From IMG/VR virus record IMGVR_UViG_3300006147_000007: 64,000 nt of DNA. One strand, written 5' to 3'. The translations under genes and the position numbers were made by a program. The stretch is from a virus. Lineage: Duplodnaviria > Heunggongvirae > Uroviricota > Caudoviricetes. The notes below the pieces were generated by a model, which saw nothing but the letters and a program-made list of their open reading frames with translations, ran no database searches and was not told where the DNA came from. Below, one piece after another: positions 1 to 9,628 of the stretch; the stretch's first letter is position 1, and every line of letters begins with the position of its first letter.

Positions 1-466
1 GTATACGCATTTGGGAGGATCGCCTACACGTTTGCAAGCAAGTACAAGATATATAGATTATGAGCACGGATTTGATTATGTTGTTCCTGAAAGTATTAAA
101 AATGATGAAAAAAGATATGAAATTTATACTGAAGCAATCCATCAAATCAATAAAGCTCTTGTTGAATTAGAAGATATAGGAACACCTAGAGAGGATTCAG
201 CATTATTACTTCCATTAGGAATGACTACAAAAATTGTAGATAAACGTAATTTGCGTAATCTTGTTGATATGTCACATCAACGCATGTGTAGTAGAGCATA
301 TCACGAATACAGAAAGTTATTTGGAGATATTTGCACTGAGCTATACAAAATTTCTGAGGAGTGGGCATGGATTGTAGATAATTTATTTGTCCCAAAATGT
401 GATTATCTTAATTATTGTCCAGAGAAAAAATCTTGTGGAAGAGTAAATAAAAGTAGAGAGGAATAA
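1..466 (+). CDS. thyX: FAD-dependent thymidylate synthase ThyX, C-terminal portion (5' end lies outside the window)
   Basis: The ORF runs off the left edge. The translation ...STRYIDY...LLPLGMTTKIVDKRNLRNLVDMSHQR...AYHEYRKL matches the conserved ThyX C-terminal block (S.RY ... R..LP..T..V..N.R.L.HF..LR....AQ.EIR). Confidence 0.7.
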   Translation, partial: YTHLGGSPTRLQASTRYIDYEHGFDYVVPESIKNDEKRYEIYTEAIHQINKALVELEDIGTPREDSALLLPLGMTTKIVDKRNLRNLVDMSHQRMCSRAYHEYRKLFGDICTELYKISEEWAWIVDNLFVPKCDYLNYCPEKKSCGRVNKSREE

Positions 467-474
467 ATACACAT

Positions 475-567
475 ATGATTATTGTTTTACTAGGGGCTTC
501 CGGCTCAGGGAAGTCCACAATTGAAAATGAACTGGCAACACATCACGGCTTTGAAAAGATTATTTGA
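475..567 (+). pseudogene. 30-codon remnant of a P-loop nucleoside-monophosphate kinase (truncated paralog of the gene at 1950-2504)
   Basis: ATG at 475; the translation MIIVLLGASGSGKSTIENELATHHGFEKII* has a Walker A motif and resembles the N-terminus of the intact kinase (MLILVGKSCSGKSTIQRYL...). It ends after 30 aa. Confidence 0.4.
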
Positions 568-619
568 TTGGTAAATATATTACAATTATTGAAAATTTGG
601 AGGTAAATAATTAAATATT

Positions 620-838
620 TTGTACACTGGAAAACAATTAAAAGAAATGATAAATAATCATATTGCAGATGATGATATTGTCTGCGTTGGAGGAGAGAAA
701 GATGAATTAGGAATGTATGACCGTCAAATTGTTGGTGTTGAGAAACGCAAAGTTGGATTTGACGTTGATGATACATATAAAGCAATTATAACTAAGCCAT
801 TTGAAGCAAGTGGTGCAATGAAATTTTGGAAGAAATGA
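620..838 (+). CDS. hypothetical small protein (TTG start)
   Basis: 72-aa ORF on the coding strand of the block; no recognisable motif. Confidence 0.3.
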   Translation: MYTGKQLKEMINNHIADDDIVCVGGEKDELGMYDRQIVGVEKRKVGFDVDDTYKAIITKPFEASGAMKFWKK

Positions 839-859
839 GGTGATTTTATTCAAAAGCGA

Positions 860-1558
860 GTGCTAAGTGGATCATTGATTATAGTTATTTTATTCTCAAT
901 ATTCACGAACCCAATGCTGTCAAGTGCAGAAGGTAATTACAGATATGCTAAAACAACAATAAATATTAGAGCAAAACCAAATGTAAAAAGCAAAATTGTT
1001 GGACATGTTTATTGGAATGATAAAGTAAAGATTCTGAAAAAAATAAACAAAAAGTGGTATATGGTGTCTTATAAGAAACAGAAGAGGTATATACGTAGAA
1101 AATATTTGAGAAAAAGCAGAAAGAAATATAAAACGTATTCATCGCCAAGTACAAAAACATTTAAGTCTTATGAAGATGCAAATAGGATAACTGACAATTC
1201 TTCGTTGGCACAAGGAAAGTTAAAAGAGAAATATCATTTAGATTACCAATCTGGTGTTTGGATGGTAGGAAATAGATATTGTATTGCTATTGGGAGTTAC
1301 TACACAAAAAATATCGGAGTAAAAATAGATTTAGTGTTATCGCATAATGGCAGAAAGCGCATTCTGAAATGTATAACTGCCGATAGCAAAGCAGATAAAG
1401 ATACAGTCAATAACCATAAGATTCATAAGGATGGGAGTGTTGTTGAGTTTGTAGTTAACACGGATTATATATCTAAAAGAGTTCATTTAATGGGTGATGT
1501 GTCATACGCAGGTGAAAAATTTAAAGGAAGAATAGTAAAAATATTTGTTTACAGATAG
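860..1558 (+). CDS. secreted SH3b-domain protein with an uncharacterised C-terminal domain (possible cell-wall binding or hydrolase)
   Basis: N-terminal hydrophobic signal-like segment (LIIVILFSIFTNPMLSSAEG), then an SH3b-like segment (YAKTTINIRAKPNVKSKIVGHVYWNDKVKILKKINKKWYMVSY). GTG start. Confidence 0.45.
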   Translation: MLSGSLIIVILFSIFTNPMLSSAEGNYRYAKTTINIRAKPNVKSKIVGHVYWNDKVKILKKINKKWYMVSYKKQKRYIRRKYLRKSRKKYKTYSSPSTKTFKSYEDANRITDNSSLAQGKLKEKYHLDYQSGVWMVGNRYCIAIGSYYTKNIGVKIDLVLSHNGRKRILKCITADSKADKDTVNNHKIHKDGSVVEFVVNTDYISKRVHLMGDVSYAGEKFKGRIVKIFVYR

Positions 1559-1576
1559 AAAGGATTTTTTTTACAT

Positions 1577-1813
1577 ATGGAATTTTTAGTAAAGCTAAGT
1601 GCAATAGAAAATGTTAAAAAATTTGTACGTTTTGCAAGTAATTACAATTGCGATATTTTTGTTAAAAGCCAAGATAAATCTTATATTGTTGACGGCAGTA
1701 GTATTATGGGTGTGCTAAGTTTAGACTTGAGATATCCTATTGCAGTTTGTATTAAAGATATAGAATCTGGCGAAGATTTTAAAAATGATGTATCAGATTT
1801 TGTGATTAATTAG
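1577..1813 (+). CDS. HPr-family (Crh-like) protein lacking the His15 phosphorylation site
   Basis: ASNYNCDIFVKSQDKSYIVDGSSIMGVLSLDL aligns with HPr [30 protein letters not shown]. The GIHARPA box is replaced by AIENVKKF, so there is no His; the Ser46-equivalent is retained. Confidence 0.55.
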   Translation: MEFLVKLSAIENVKKFVRFASNYNCDIFVKSQDKSYIVDGSSIMGVLSLDLRYPIAVCIKDIESGEDFKNDVSDFVIN

Positions 1814-1827
1814 GAAAGGAGTATTTT

Positions 1828-1944
1828 GTGAATAAAATTAATTTTGATGCAGTAACGATAGAAGACTGCTTGGATATGTATAAAAAGAAAAATAAGTGTG
1901 TGATTTTAAATGATGGAAAAGTTTTAGGTTTTTGGGAGGAATAG
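1828..1944 (+). CDS. hypothetical 38-aa protein
   Basis: GTG start six nt after a strong RBS AGGAAAGGAG; MNKINFDAVTIEDCLDMYKKKNKCVILNDGKVLGFWEE*. Its 3' end supplies the RBS (GGGAGGAA) for the next gene. Confidence 0.35.
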   Translation: MNKINFDAVTIEDCLDMYKKKNKCVILNDGKVLGFWEE

Positions 1945-1949
1945 AATAG

Positions 1950-2504
1950 TTGCTGATTTTAGTTGGTAAATCTTGTAGTGGGAAATCAACAATTCAGAGA
2001 TATTTGAAAAAATGTGGAATGTCACCTGTATTGGAGTATACAACACGCCCGCAGCGAGATAACGAAGTAGATAATAAATCATATCATTTTGTTTCAGAAA
2101 GAGATTTTATAGAACTTAAAAAGAAAAAATTCTTTGCAGTAACAGCATCATATAAAGTATCCAATGGAGAAATATGGAATTATGGTATAGCATTACATGA
2201 TTTATCCGTTGAAAAGATGATTGTGACAAACCCTGTAGGACTTAAAAAGTTAAAGGAATTTACAAATATTCATCCGGTTTCTTTCTATATCAATACAGAT
2301 GAAAACGTTATATGGGACAGACTTATGAAAAGAAAAGATAATATAGATGAAGCACAAAGAAGATTAATTGCTGATAGAGAAGATTTTGTTGGTATTTCTG
2401 AGTATGTTGACTTTGTATTTAAGAATAATGGCGAAATACAACCATCTGTATTAGCAGAGATAATTAAATCTACATATGACAAGTATATAAGAAATGTAGC
2501 GTAA
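1950..2504 (+). CDS. guanylate-kinase-like P-loop kinase (phage dNMP/GMP kinase)
   Basis: Walker A GKSCSGKST; the guanylate-kinase signature EYTTRPQRDNEVDNKSYHFVSERDF (TTRxxRxxExxGxxYxFVS). TTG start with RBS GGGAGGAA eight nt upstream. Confidence 0.65.
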   Translation: MLILVGKSCSGKSTIQRYLKKCGMSPVLEYTTRPQRDNEVDNKSYHFVSERDFIELKKKKFFAVTASYKVSNGEIWNYGIALHDLSVEKMIVTNPVGLKKLKEFTNIHPVSFYINTDENVIWDRLMKRKDNIDEAQRRLIADREDFVGISEYVDFVFKNNGEIQPSVLAEIIKSTYDKYIRNVA

Positions 2505-2529
2505 AATAATTGATTAAAGGAGTAAATAT

Positions 2530-3474
2530 ATGAATTTTTTTGTAGGATCTTTAGGAATATTAGTAGTTATTTTAGCAATTGTTTTTGGTGTTAAAAAGTA
2601 TCATGATAGTAATATGTCATCAGAAGAAGATTCAGGAAATAAATATAAAGGCTATAAAAGCAATATATTTTGTGCCATTATTGGTATTATATTATTTATT
2701 TTTGCTTTTAGTTTCGTGATAATCCCTACTGGATATACAGGGGTAAAAACAACATTTGGACAGGTATCACGAAAAACGATGTCTAACGGTTTTAACTTAA
2801 AGATACCATTTGTACAAGGGATTGAAAAAGTAAATAATAAACAGCAGGATATTATTTTCGATAAAAATAAAATATCTTCTGAAACAAGTGAAAGAAATGC
2901 AGTAATTTTTAAAGGTATTACAGTTACATATCAGATTAATTCAAAAAAGTCAGCGTGGATTTTTGCAAATGTAGCTGATTATAAAGACAATCTTGTTAGT
3001 GAATCACTTGTTGCTTCAGCGATAAAAACATCATCAAAAACACTGACACCAACAGATGTTACTAACAGAAGTATATTAGAACCGAAAGCGCAGGAAAATA
3101 TACAGAAGTCTCTTGATGAAAAATATGGAGAAGGGGTTATTCATATTAATAAAGTTATTATTGATGGAGCAGAATTTGACAAAGAATATGATGATAAAAT
3201 TGCAAAAAAGCAACAAGCTCAGATGGATTATGAAAAGCAACAGATTGAAAATAAAAAGAATATAGAGAAAGCTGAAGCCGATGCAACTGTTAAAAAGACA
3301 ACAGCACAGGCTGAAGCAGATGCTTTGAAGATTGCGGCAGAAGCAGAGGCAGAGGCAAATAAGAAAGTATCCAATAGTATTACAGATAAACTTGTTGAAA
3401 ATAAGTTAGCAGAAGCTAGATTAAAGCATGGCTGGGTAACTGTCAAAGGTGCTGATACTGTTATATCAAAATAG
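2530..3474 (+). CDS. SPFH/band-7 (prohibitin/HflK-like) membrane protein
   Basis: N-terminal TM helix, then IIPTGYTGVKTTFGQVSRKT...NLKIPFVQGIEKV (SPFH core), then an Ala/Glu/Lys-rich coiled-coil tail. RBS AAAGGAG. Confidence 0.65.
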   Translation: MNFFVGSLGILVVILAIVFGVKKYHDSNMSSEEDSGNKYKGYKSNIFCAIIGIILFIFAFSFVIIPTGYTGVKTTFGQVSRKTMSNGFNLKIPFVQGIEKVNNKQQDIIFDKNKISSETSERNAVIFKGITVTYQINSKKSAWIFANVADYKDNLVSESLVASAIKTSSKTLTPTDVTNRSILEPKAQENIQKSLDEKYGEGVIHINKVIIDGAEFDKEYDDKIAKKQQAQMDYEKQQIENKKNIEKAEADATVKKTTAQAEADALKIAAEAEAEANKKVSNSITDKLVENKLAEARLKHGWVTVKGADTVISK

Positions 3475-3564
3475 AATAACTTATATCTATATTAAAATAA
3501 CAATAGTTACTCCATTTAAATTTTATAGTGGAGTAACAAAAATTTATAAATGGAGAAAGTATAT

Positions 3565-3954
3565 ATGAAGAAAAAATTTATTGATATCCCAGAAAAGAAT
3601 AAAGTTATTGCAATGATGGAAGAAAAACATTCTATCATTGATGAAATATCAAATATGAGTAAAAAATGTGCATTTATTTTAAATAGAATTGATTTTATGT
3701 TTGGTAGAAAAGGTTCATCTAACCCATATTTTAAAAGTGAAGCTGTTGCATATTCGCCTGATACTTTTGATATTAAAACCGGACGTAAAATTGCAGGACA
3801 AAAAGTTGATTATAAATACCATCAATCAATGATTAAACAGTATAACAGATATATTGAATTGCTTAAAGATATTATTGATACTCTTGAACGATTACGTAAT
3901 GAACATATTTCAAAAAGAATAAAGATTGTAAATAATATGAAAAGATTTAAATAG
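3565..3954 (+). CDS. hypothetical protein
   Basis: ORF with RBS GGAGAAAG seven nt before the ATG at 3565 (MKKKFIDIP...). Confidence 0.4.
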   Translation: MKKKFIDIPEKNKVIAMMEEKHSIIDEISNMSKKCAFILNRIDFMFGRKGSSNPYFKSEAVAYSPDTFDIKTGRKIAGQKVDYKYHQSMIKQYNRYIELLKDIIDTLERLRNEHISKRIKIVNNMKRFK

Positions 3955-4099
3955 CAATTTTAGATAAATATAGAAAGGGGAATTTACTTATGGATACATA
4001 TGTTATTGAAGTTATCAATTATATCTGTATATAAAGATAATGATTTTCTTAATGACATTTTAGATGAATAAAAATTGTTGATGAAAAGGAGATTAAGAT

Positions 4100-4354
4100 A
4101 TGGCTATAACAAAAAATATTATTGAAACAAAACAGAGAAAGTTAGAAGAATTAAGAGTAAAATCAAGTAGGGCATTAGATATTGTTACATCTACTATAAA
4201 CCAGTTGTTGAATGTTAATGAAGAAATTGCTGCAAATATCAGTGAAATATGCGAAGTAAAAGAAAAGTTACAGTCTACAGAGGATGACTTAAATAAAACA
4301 AAGGTTCATAATGAAAGAATTATTGATAAATTCAAAACTTTGATTGAGGATTAA
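4100..4354 (+). CDS. hypothetical coiled-coil protein
   Basis: 84-aa ORF with RBS AAAGGAG; heptad-rich sequence. Confidence 0.4.
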   Translation: MAITKNIIETKQRKLEELRVKSSRALDIVTSTINQLLNVNEEIAANISEICEVKEKLQSTEDDLNKTKVHNERIIDKFKTLIED

Positions 4355-4479
4355 ATGCCTGCTTCATTGGCATGGAAAGGAATAGAAATATTGAAAACAA
4401 TTGTAATAAATTTAAGTGTAACAAATAATCCTAAAGAAGACTTTTCAATGGAATAAGAAGATATGGAGGAATAATCTTA

Positions 4480-6636
4480 TTGATAGTACAAAAAAGAGAC
4501 GGACGTAAAGTTAAATTTGATAAAGAGAAAATCAAAATAGCAGTCTTAAAAGCATTTATTGATGTTGATGGAGAAGAAACTCAATATGCAAAAGAAAAAG
4601 CTAGAGATATTGCTAACTATATAGAATTTTTAAATAAGAGTATGACCGTGGAAGAGATTCAGGATGAAGTAGTTAATAAATTGATGGCGAGTACAAGAAA
4701 AGATGTGGCTACTAAATATGTAGAATATAGATATAAGAGAAGACTGATTAGAGAAAGTAATACTACAGATAAAAGTATTATTGAGTTGATTGATGGTGTA
4801 AATGACTATTGGAATTCGGAAAATTCTAATAAAAGTGCATCTGTTGTGACTACTCAGAGAGATTATTTGGCAGGGATTACAAGTACAGATATTACAAGAA
4901 GATTTTTATTACCAGAAGATGTTGTACAAGCACATGACGAGGGAATTATCCACTTTCATGATGCAGATTATTTTGCTCAACATATGCATAATTGTTGTTT
5001 GATAAACCTTGATGATATGCTACAGAACGGAACAGTTATTAACGGAACACTAATTGAAAAACCTCATAGATTTTTAACAGCTATGACAATAGCAACGCAG
5101 ATTATTACAGCGGTTACTTCTTCTCAGTATGGTGGTGCAACAATTACACTGACACATTTAGCTCCATTTATTAGAGATAGTTATAAAAGGTATCTTAAAA
5201 AGTATCTGTCTTGGGGATGTTCAGAAGAAAAATCTATTGAATGGGCAAAGAAAGATTTACAGAAAGAGATTCAGGATGGTGTACAAACATTTCAGTACCA
5301 GTTAAATTCTATGACAAACACAAATGGGCAGTCTCCATTTTTGTCAGTTTTTATGTATCTTGGAGAAACTGAAGAGTACAAAGAAGAACTTTCTATGATT
5401 ATACAGGAAATGTTGTTACAAAGAATTGAAGGACTAAAGAATGAGGTTGGAATTTATATTACACCAGCATTTCCGAAGTTGTTATATGTATTGGAAGAAG
5501 ACAATATTCATGAAGATAGTAGATATTGGTATCTTACTGAACTTGCAGCAATGTGCACGGCTAAAAGATTAGTACCTGATTATATGTCAGAAAAGGTAAT
5601 GAAACAATTAAAAGATGGAAATATGTATCCTGTAATGGGCTGCAGATCTGCTTTGACAGTATGGCATGATAAAAATGATAAGCCAAAGTTCTATGGAAGA
5701 TTTAATCAAGGTGTTGTAACAATTAATTTAGTAGATTTGGCTCTTTCGTCCAATAAAGATTTTGATAAGTTTTGGGAACTTTTTGAAGAGCGAACAGAAT
5801 TATGTCATAGAGCTTTGAAATGTAGACATGAGAGATTAGAAGGAACATTATCCGATGCAGCACCTATTATGTGGCAATATGGAGCATTAGCGAGATTAGA
5901 TAAGCATAAACCAATAGATGAACTTCTACATGATGGCTACTCTACATTATCACTTGGATATGCAGGATTGTATGAATGTGTAAAGTATATGACTGGTAAA
6001 TCTCATACAGATAATGAAGAAGGAACAGAATTTGGGTTAAAGGTTATTCAAGCGTTGAATGAAAAGTGTAATCAGTGGAAGAAAGAAGAACATATTGATT
6101 ATAGCTTGTATGGGACTCCGATTGAATCCACTACATATAAATTTGCAAAATGCTTACAGAAGAGATTTGGAGTAACCGAGGGGATAACTGATAAAAACTA
6201 CATCACAAATTCTTATCATGTAAATGTCAGAGAGGAAATTAATCCGTTTGAAAAACTTGAAATAGAAGCCAAATTTCAAGAACTGAGTCCTGGAGGAGCC
6301 ATTTCTTATATCGAAAGTAGTAATATGAACGACAATATTCCTGCCTTATTGGAAGTTATCAAATTTATATATGAAAATATCATGTATGCAGAAATCAATA
6401 CAAAGTCAGATTATTGTCAGGTCTGTGGTTATAATGGAGAAATCCAGATTATAAAAGAGAATGATGAATTGCTTTGGGAATGTCCTAATTGCAAAAACCG
6501 TGATCAAGACAAAATGAATATTGCCAGACGTACATGCGGCTATATTGGAAGTCATTATTGGAACCAAGGCAGAACGCAGGAGATTGCTGAAAGATTCGTG
6601 CATTTGGATGACCATGAATACAAGGAGAGTGATTAA
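4480..6636 (+). CDS. nrdD: anaerobic ribonucleoside-triphosphate reductase (class III RNR)
   Basis: N-terminal ATP-cone (VQKRDGRKVKFDKEKIKIAV). C-terminal Zn ribbon CQVCGYNGE...CPNCKN and the glycine-radical motif RRTCGYIGS. TTG start after GGAGGAA. Confidence 0.9.
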   Translation: MIVQKRDGRKVKFDKEKIKIAVLKAFIDVDGEETQYAKEKARDIANYIEFLNKSMTVEEIQDEVVNKLMASTRKDVATKYVEYRYKRRLIRESNTTDKSIIELIDGVNDYWNSENSNKSASVVTTQRDYLAGITSTDITRRFLLPEDVVQAHDEGIIHFHDADYFAQHMHNCCLINLDDMLQNGTVINGTLIEKPHRFLTAMTIATQIITAVTSSQYGGATITLTHLAPFIRDSYKRYLKKYLSWGCSEEKSIEWAKKDLQKEIQDGVQTFQYQLNSMTNTNGQSPFLSVFMYLGETEEYKEELSMIIQEMLLQRIEGLKNEVGIYITPAFPKLLYVLEEDNIHEDSRYWYLTELAAMCTAKRLVPDYMSEKVMKQLKDGNMYPVMGCRSALTVWHDKNDKPKFYGRFNQGVVTINLVDLALSSNKDFDKFWELFEERTELCHRALKCRHERLEGTLSDAAPIMWQYGALARLDKHKPIDELLHDGYSTLSLGYAGLYECVKYMTGKSHTDNEEGTEFGLKVIQALNEKCNQWKKEEHIDYSLYGTPIESTTYKFAKCLQKRFGVTEGITDKNYITNSYHVNVREEINPFEKLEIEAKFQELSPGGAISYIESSNMNDNIPALLEVIKFIYENIMYAEINTKSDYCQVCGYNGEIQIIKENDELLWECPNCKNRDQDKMNIARRTCGYIGSHYWNQGRTQEIAERFVHLDDHEYKESD

Positions 6637-7198
6637 TATTAGATATGCACAAATTCGCAGTATGGATTTGTCAAATGGAGAGGGCATAGGGATTGCCCTT
6701 TTTGTTCAGGGGTGTCGATTTAGATGTTCCAATTGTTTTAATCCCGAAACATGGGATTTTAATGGTGGTAAAGAATGGACTGGAAAAACAAAAGATAAGT
6801 TTATAGAATTAGCAAGTAAACCATATATAAAAAGGATTAGTATCCTCGGAGGTGAACCTCTGGCAGAAGAAAACCTTGATGGTGTCTTAGATTTAGTCAA
6901 TGAAATTCGTCTTTCATGCCCACAAAAATCTATTTGGTTATATACAGGGTTTACATGGGAGGATATATGGGAGCCTGGCATTCATGGAACGGATTTATAT
7001 GGAAAACCGTGGAATTCATATAGTATATTTCAAATTAGAATACAAAACATTGTAAAACAGTGCAATATTTTAGTTGACGGTCAATACATAGATTCGCAGC
7101 GTGATATCACACTACCATATAGAGGGAGTAGAAATCAAAGACTCATAGATGTTATGAAATCTCTAAGGAAAGGAGAAATTGTGCTATGGAAATGTTGA
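6608..7198 (+). CDS. nrdG: anaerobic RNR activating protein (radical SAM)
   Basis: DLSNGEGIGIALFVQGCRFRCSNCFNPETWDF matches the NrdG N-terminal D..NG.G.R...F..GC...C..C motif. Overlaps the nrdD 3' end; the exact start (6608, 6614 or 6662) is uncertain. Confidence 0.75.
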   Translation: MTMNTRRVINIRYAQIRSMDLSNGEGIGIALFVQGCRFRCSNCFNPETWDFNGGKEWTGKTKDKFIELASKPYIKRISILGGEPLAEENLDGVLDLVNEIRLSCPQKSIWLYTGFTWEDIWEPGIHGTDLYGKPWNSYSIFQIRIQNIVKQCNILVDGQYIDSQRDITLPYRGSRNQRLIDVMKSLRKGEIVLWKC

Positions 7199-7542
7199 TT
7201 AGTAAAGAATACATTTTGCCAAATCCGAATAAGAAGGAACTAAAAAGTAATGGTTTTCGCCATAATAAACTTATAGGTGACTCGGAAGGTGATTTTTATT
7301 CTATAAGGTTCCCAGTGTTACAATATCATAAAACGACAACTGTTGACGGAGAAATTATTATTGATTTAAATTCAGGCAATGTCAAAATTAATGCGTATAG
7401 TTATGGAACGAATGGTTGTTATCCTCCATTTTATCAAAAAAATTGTAGCAAAGTATATGAACCAATTATTAAAAAAATTAATGCTTCATTTCATACAATG
7501 TTCAGAAAGATTGGCATTAAGAAAACAGAGGAGAGTAAATGA
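7186..7542 (+). CDS. hypothetical protein
   Basis: 118-aa ORF overlapping the nrdG stop; plausible protein composition. Confidence 0.35.
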   Translation: MEMLISKEYILPNPNKKELKSNGFRHNKLIGDSEGDFYSIRFPVLQYHKTTTVDGEIIIDLNSGNVKINAYSYGTNGCYPPFYQKNCSKVYEPIIKKINASFHTMFRKIGIKKTEESK

Positions 7543-7658
7543 TTATGGCAAGTTAATTAATAAAGCAGAAATTATATATAACCATAAATTTGCAAAACAG
7601 TATGTTTTATGATGTCAATTAGAAATGGAATAATATATCATTATAGGAAGGAAATGTA

Positions 7659-8969
7659 ATGAAAGATATACGCTTAACTTATTTCAATACAGAAATATGT
7701 TTTTCAACATATTTTTTGATTTTTTTCCGTATGATAGGAATTTATGTTCATGAGAGAGTTTTTCGAGTGGATGAAGAGGATAAATATGTATATGATAAAG
7801 AGAATGAAGATATAATAAATATTTTTATTATAAGGGATAAGTTAGAGCAAGAGAAATTATATCCGTATGTGAGAATCGAAGGAATATTTTTGATATCGGA
7901 AACGGTAGAAAATATTTATGGAGAAAAAGTAGTTATATATAATGAGGAATCATCAAAATTATGGATATTAAAGAAAATAATTGGTTGTCTGGCAGAAGAT
8001 TACGAGGAATTTAACAGAGGATTGAGTGATTTATTATTGTTAGCGCATATATATGATAATAATTTGCTTATGGAGACTTTCTTAGGAACTAGATTTTTTA
8101 TTCCCGACATAGTTAGTTATAAGAAGTTTTGTCCACGTTATATAAGAAGTATTAGAAGAATAGCAAATAACCAGGAAATAAAAGGAGATAGTTTATTTGC
8201 TGATTTTGCAATGGCTTATTTAGCGTATGAGTATAATTATTATTGTAAACGGTTGGAGAAAGTATTTCTATATGATGTGGATAGTATTTTGGATTTAATA
8301 CAGGAGTTACAGGCGCAGGCAGATGGCAGGTGGGATTCTTTAGTATTATTGATTGCTCAAATCAATGGAGATTTGTTAGAAAAATATGATGATGCTTTAC
8401 GGTATTATCTGCTTGTAACAGACCATTCGTATAATGCTTTTGCATGGTATAAAATAGGATATATCTATAAGAATCATATAGGGGATTATAAAAGAGCATT
8501 TAATTGTTTTAATAATGCAGTTAAAATTAATCCTTTATATTATCGGGCTATTTATCATATGGGAAGCTGCCAATATACCTTAAGGGAAGAACACAGGGCG
8601 AGAGTCACTTTTTTAAAGTTTATCTCTATTTTGTCAAATAAGGCTCAGGAAAATGTTTTACGTCCAATGGAGGTAGAATATCTTTACAAGACATATCTTT
8701 TTTTGGCGCGAATGGAATATAGAATTTATGGTGATATATACCGTTCCATTCACTGGTGTCGGAAAGCGGAGAAACTATGGCTGAGGGCGGATGCGGACAG
8801 AGGAAGGAATTTAATTGAACATGTAAAGTATAATAAAAAAATTATAAAAGAACAGTTTGCACAGTGGGTGGCTGTGAATGATGTTTCTCCTATCCGTGAG
8901 AGGATTTATTCATTATATAAAAGTGTTGAAGATGAAGAGGGAGTGCAGGAATACAAAAAATATCTATAA
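7659..8969 (+). CDS. TPR-repeat-containing hypothetical protein
   Basis: The C-terminal half has TPR-like repeats (AFAWYKIGYIYKNHIGDYKRAFNCFNNAVKINPLYYRAIYHMG). Confidence 0.45.
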   Translation: MKDIRLTYFNTEICFSTYFLIFFRMIGIYVHERVFRVDEEDKYVYDKENEDIINIFIIRDKLEQEKLYPYVRIEGIFLISETVENIYGEKVVIYNEESSKLWILKKIIGCLAEDYEEFNRGLSDLLLLAHIYDNNLLMETFLGTRFFIPDIVSYKKFCPRYIRSIRRIANNQEIKGDSLFADFAMAYLAYEYNYYCKRLEKVFLYDVDSILDLIQELQAQADGRWDSLVLLIAQINGDLLEKYDDALRYYLLVTDHSYNAFAWYKIGYIYKNHIGDYKRAFNCFNNAVKINPLYYRAIYHMGSCQYTLREEHRARVTFLKFISILSNKAQENVLRPMEVEYLYKTYLFLARMEYRIYGDIYRSIHWCRKAEKLWLRADADRGRNLIEHVKYNKKIIKEQFAQWVAVNDVSPIRERIYSLYKSVEDEEGVQEYKKYL

Positions 8970-9094
8970 AAGAAAGGAAGGATGCAAATGAAGAGAAAAG
9001 GTACAGTGGACTATTGTATTGTCAATCGTCTTAGAATTGAAACAGTGACTGATTTTGAAAATTCATTATTTACGAAAGGAGTTAAAGTATACGT

Positions 9095-9334
9095 ATGAAA
9101 CTTAAAATAGTTGATAATAGTTTTAATAAGAATATTGACCAAATAAAACCTGCTGAATTGTTTATTGTTTTGGAAAATGAAAAAGATGAATATAAACTTT
9201 TTAAAGGTATTTTTATGAAACTAGCTTGTGATAGGACAAATAATAAAAATGCGGTAAAACTTAATGATGGCAATTTATATCACATTAATGAAAATATTCT
9301 TCTGCAAGTTGTTAATGGTGAATTAACCATATAG
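9095..9334 (+). CDS. hypothetical protein
   Basis: 79-aa ORF; the ATG follows AAAGGAG. Confidence 0.35.
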   Translation: MKLKIVDNSFNKNIDQIKPAELFIVLENEKDEYKLFKGIFMKLACDRTNNKNAVKLNDGNLYHINENILLQVVNGELTI

Positions 9335-9345
9335 GAGAAGTTGCC

Positions 9346-9618
9346 ATGTCAAATATTATTTATGGAAATTTACAAAAAAGTGATACTGTAATATTTGCGA
9401 GAGTTTTGCCTAAAATCGGATATTATGAATTGTTGGATTTACACATTGTATCAGTATATGAAGATTATTGTACAGGTACGGATTTAAAAACAAAACAAAC
9501 TTTCCTGTTTCATAGAGCACTCGCTGAAACAGTATTATTTACAAACAGGAATAAAGCGATTGAATATTTAAATATGAAGAAACGTGAAAATAAGAATGTA
9601 AAAATTGCAAAAGAATAG
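9346..9618 (+). CDS. hypothetical protein
   Basis: 90-aa ORF with RBS AGGAGAAG upstream. Confidence 0.35.
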   Translation: MSNIIYGNLQKSDTVIFARVLPKIGYYELLDLHIVSVYEDYCTGTDLKTKQTFLFHRALAETVLFTNRNKAIEYLNMKKRENKNVKIAKE

Positions 9619-9628
9619 GAGTGACTGG

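Noticed and set aside
7379-7612. 77-aa plus-strand ORF overlapping 7186-7542 in another frame
   Set aside because: It is embedded out of frame in a more plausible ORF. It has low-complexity Lys/Met/Ile content typical of AT-rich alternative frames.
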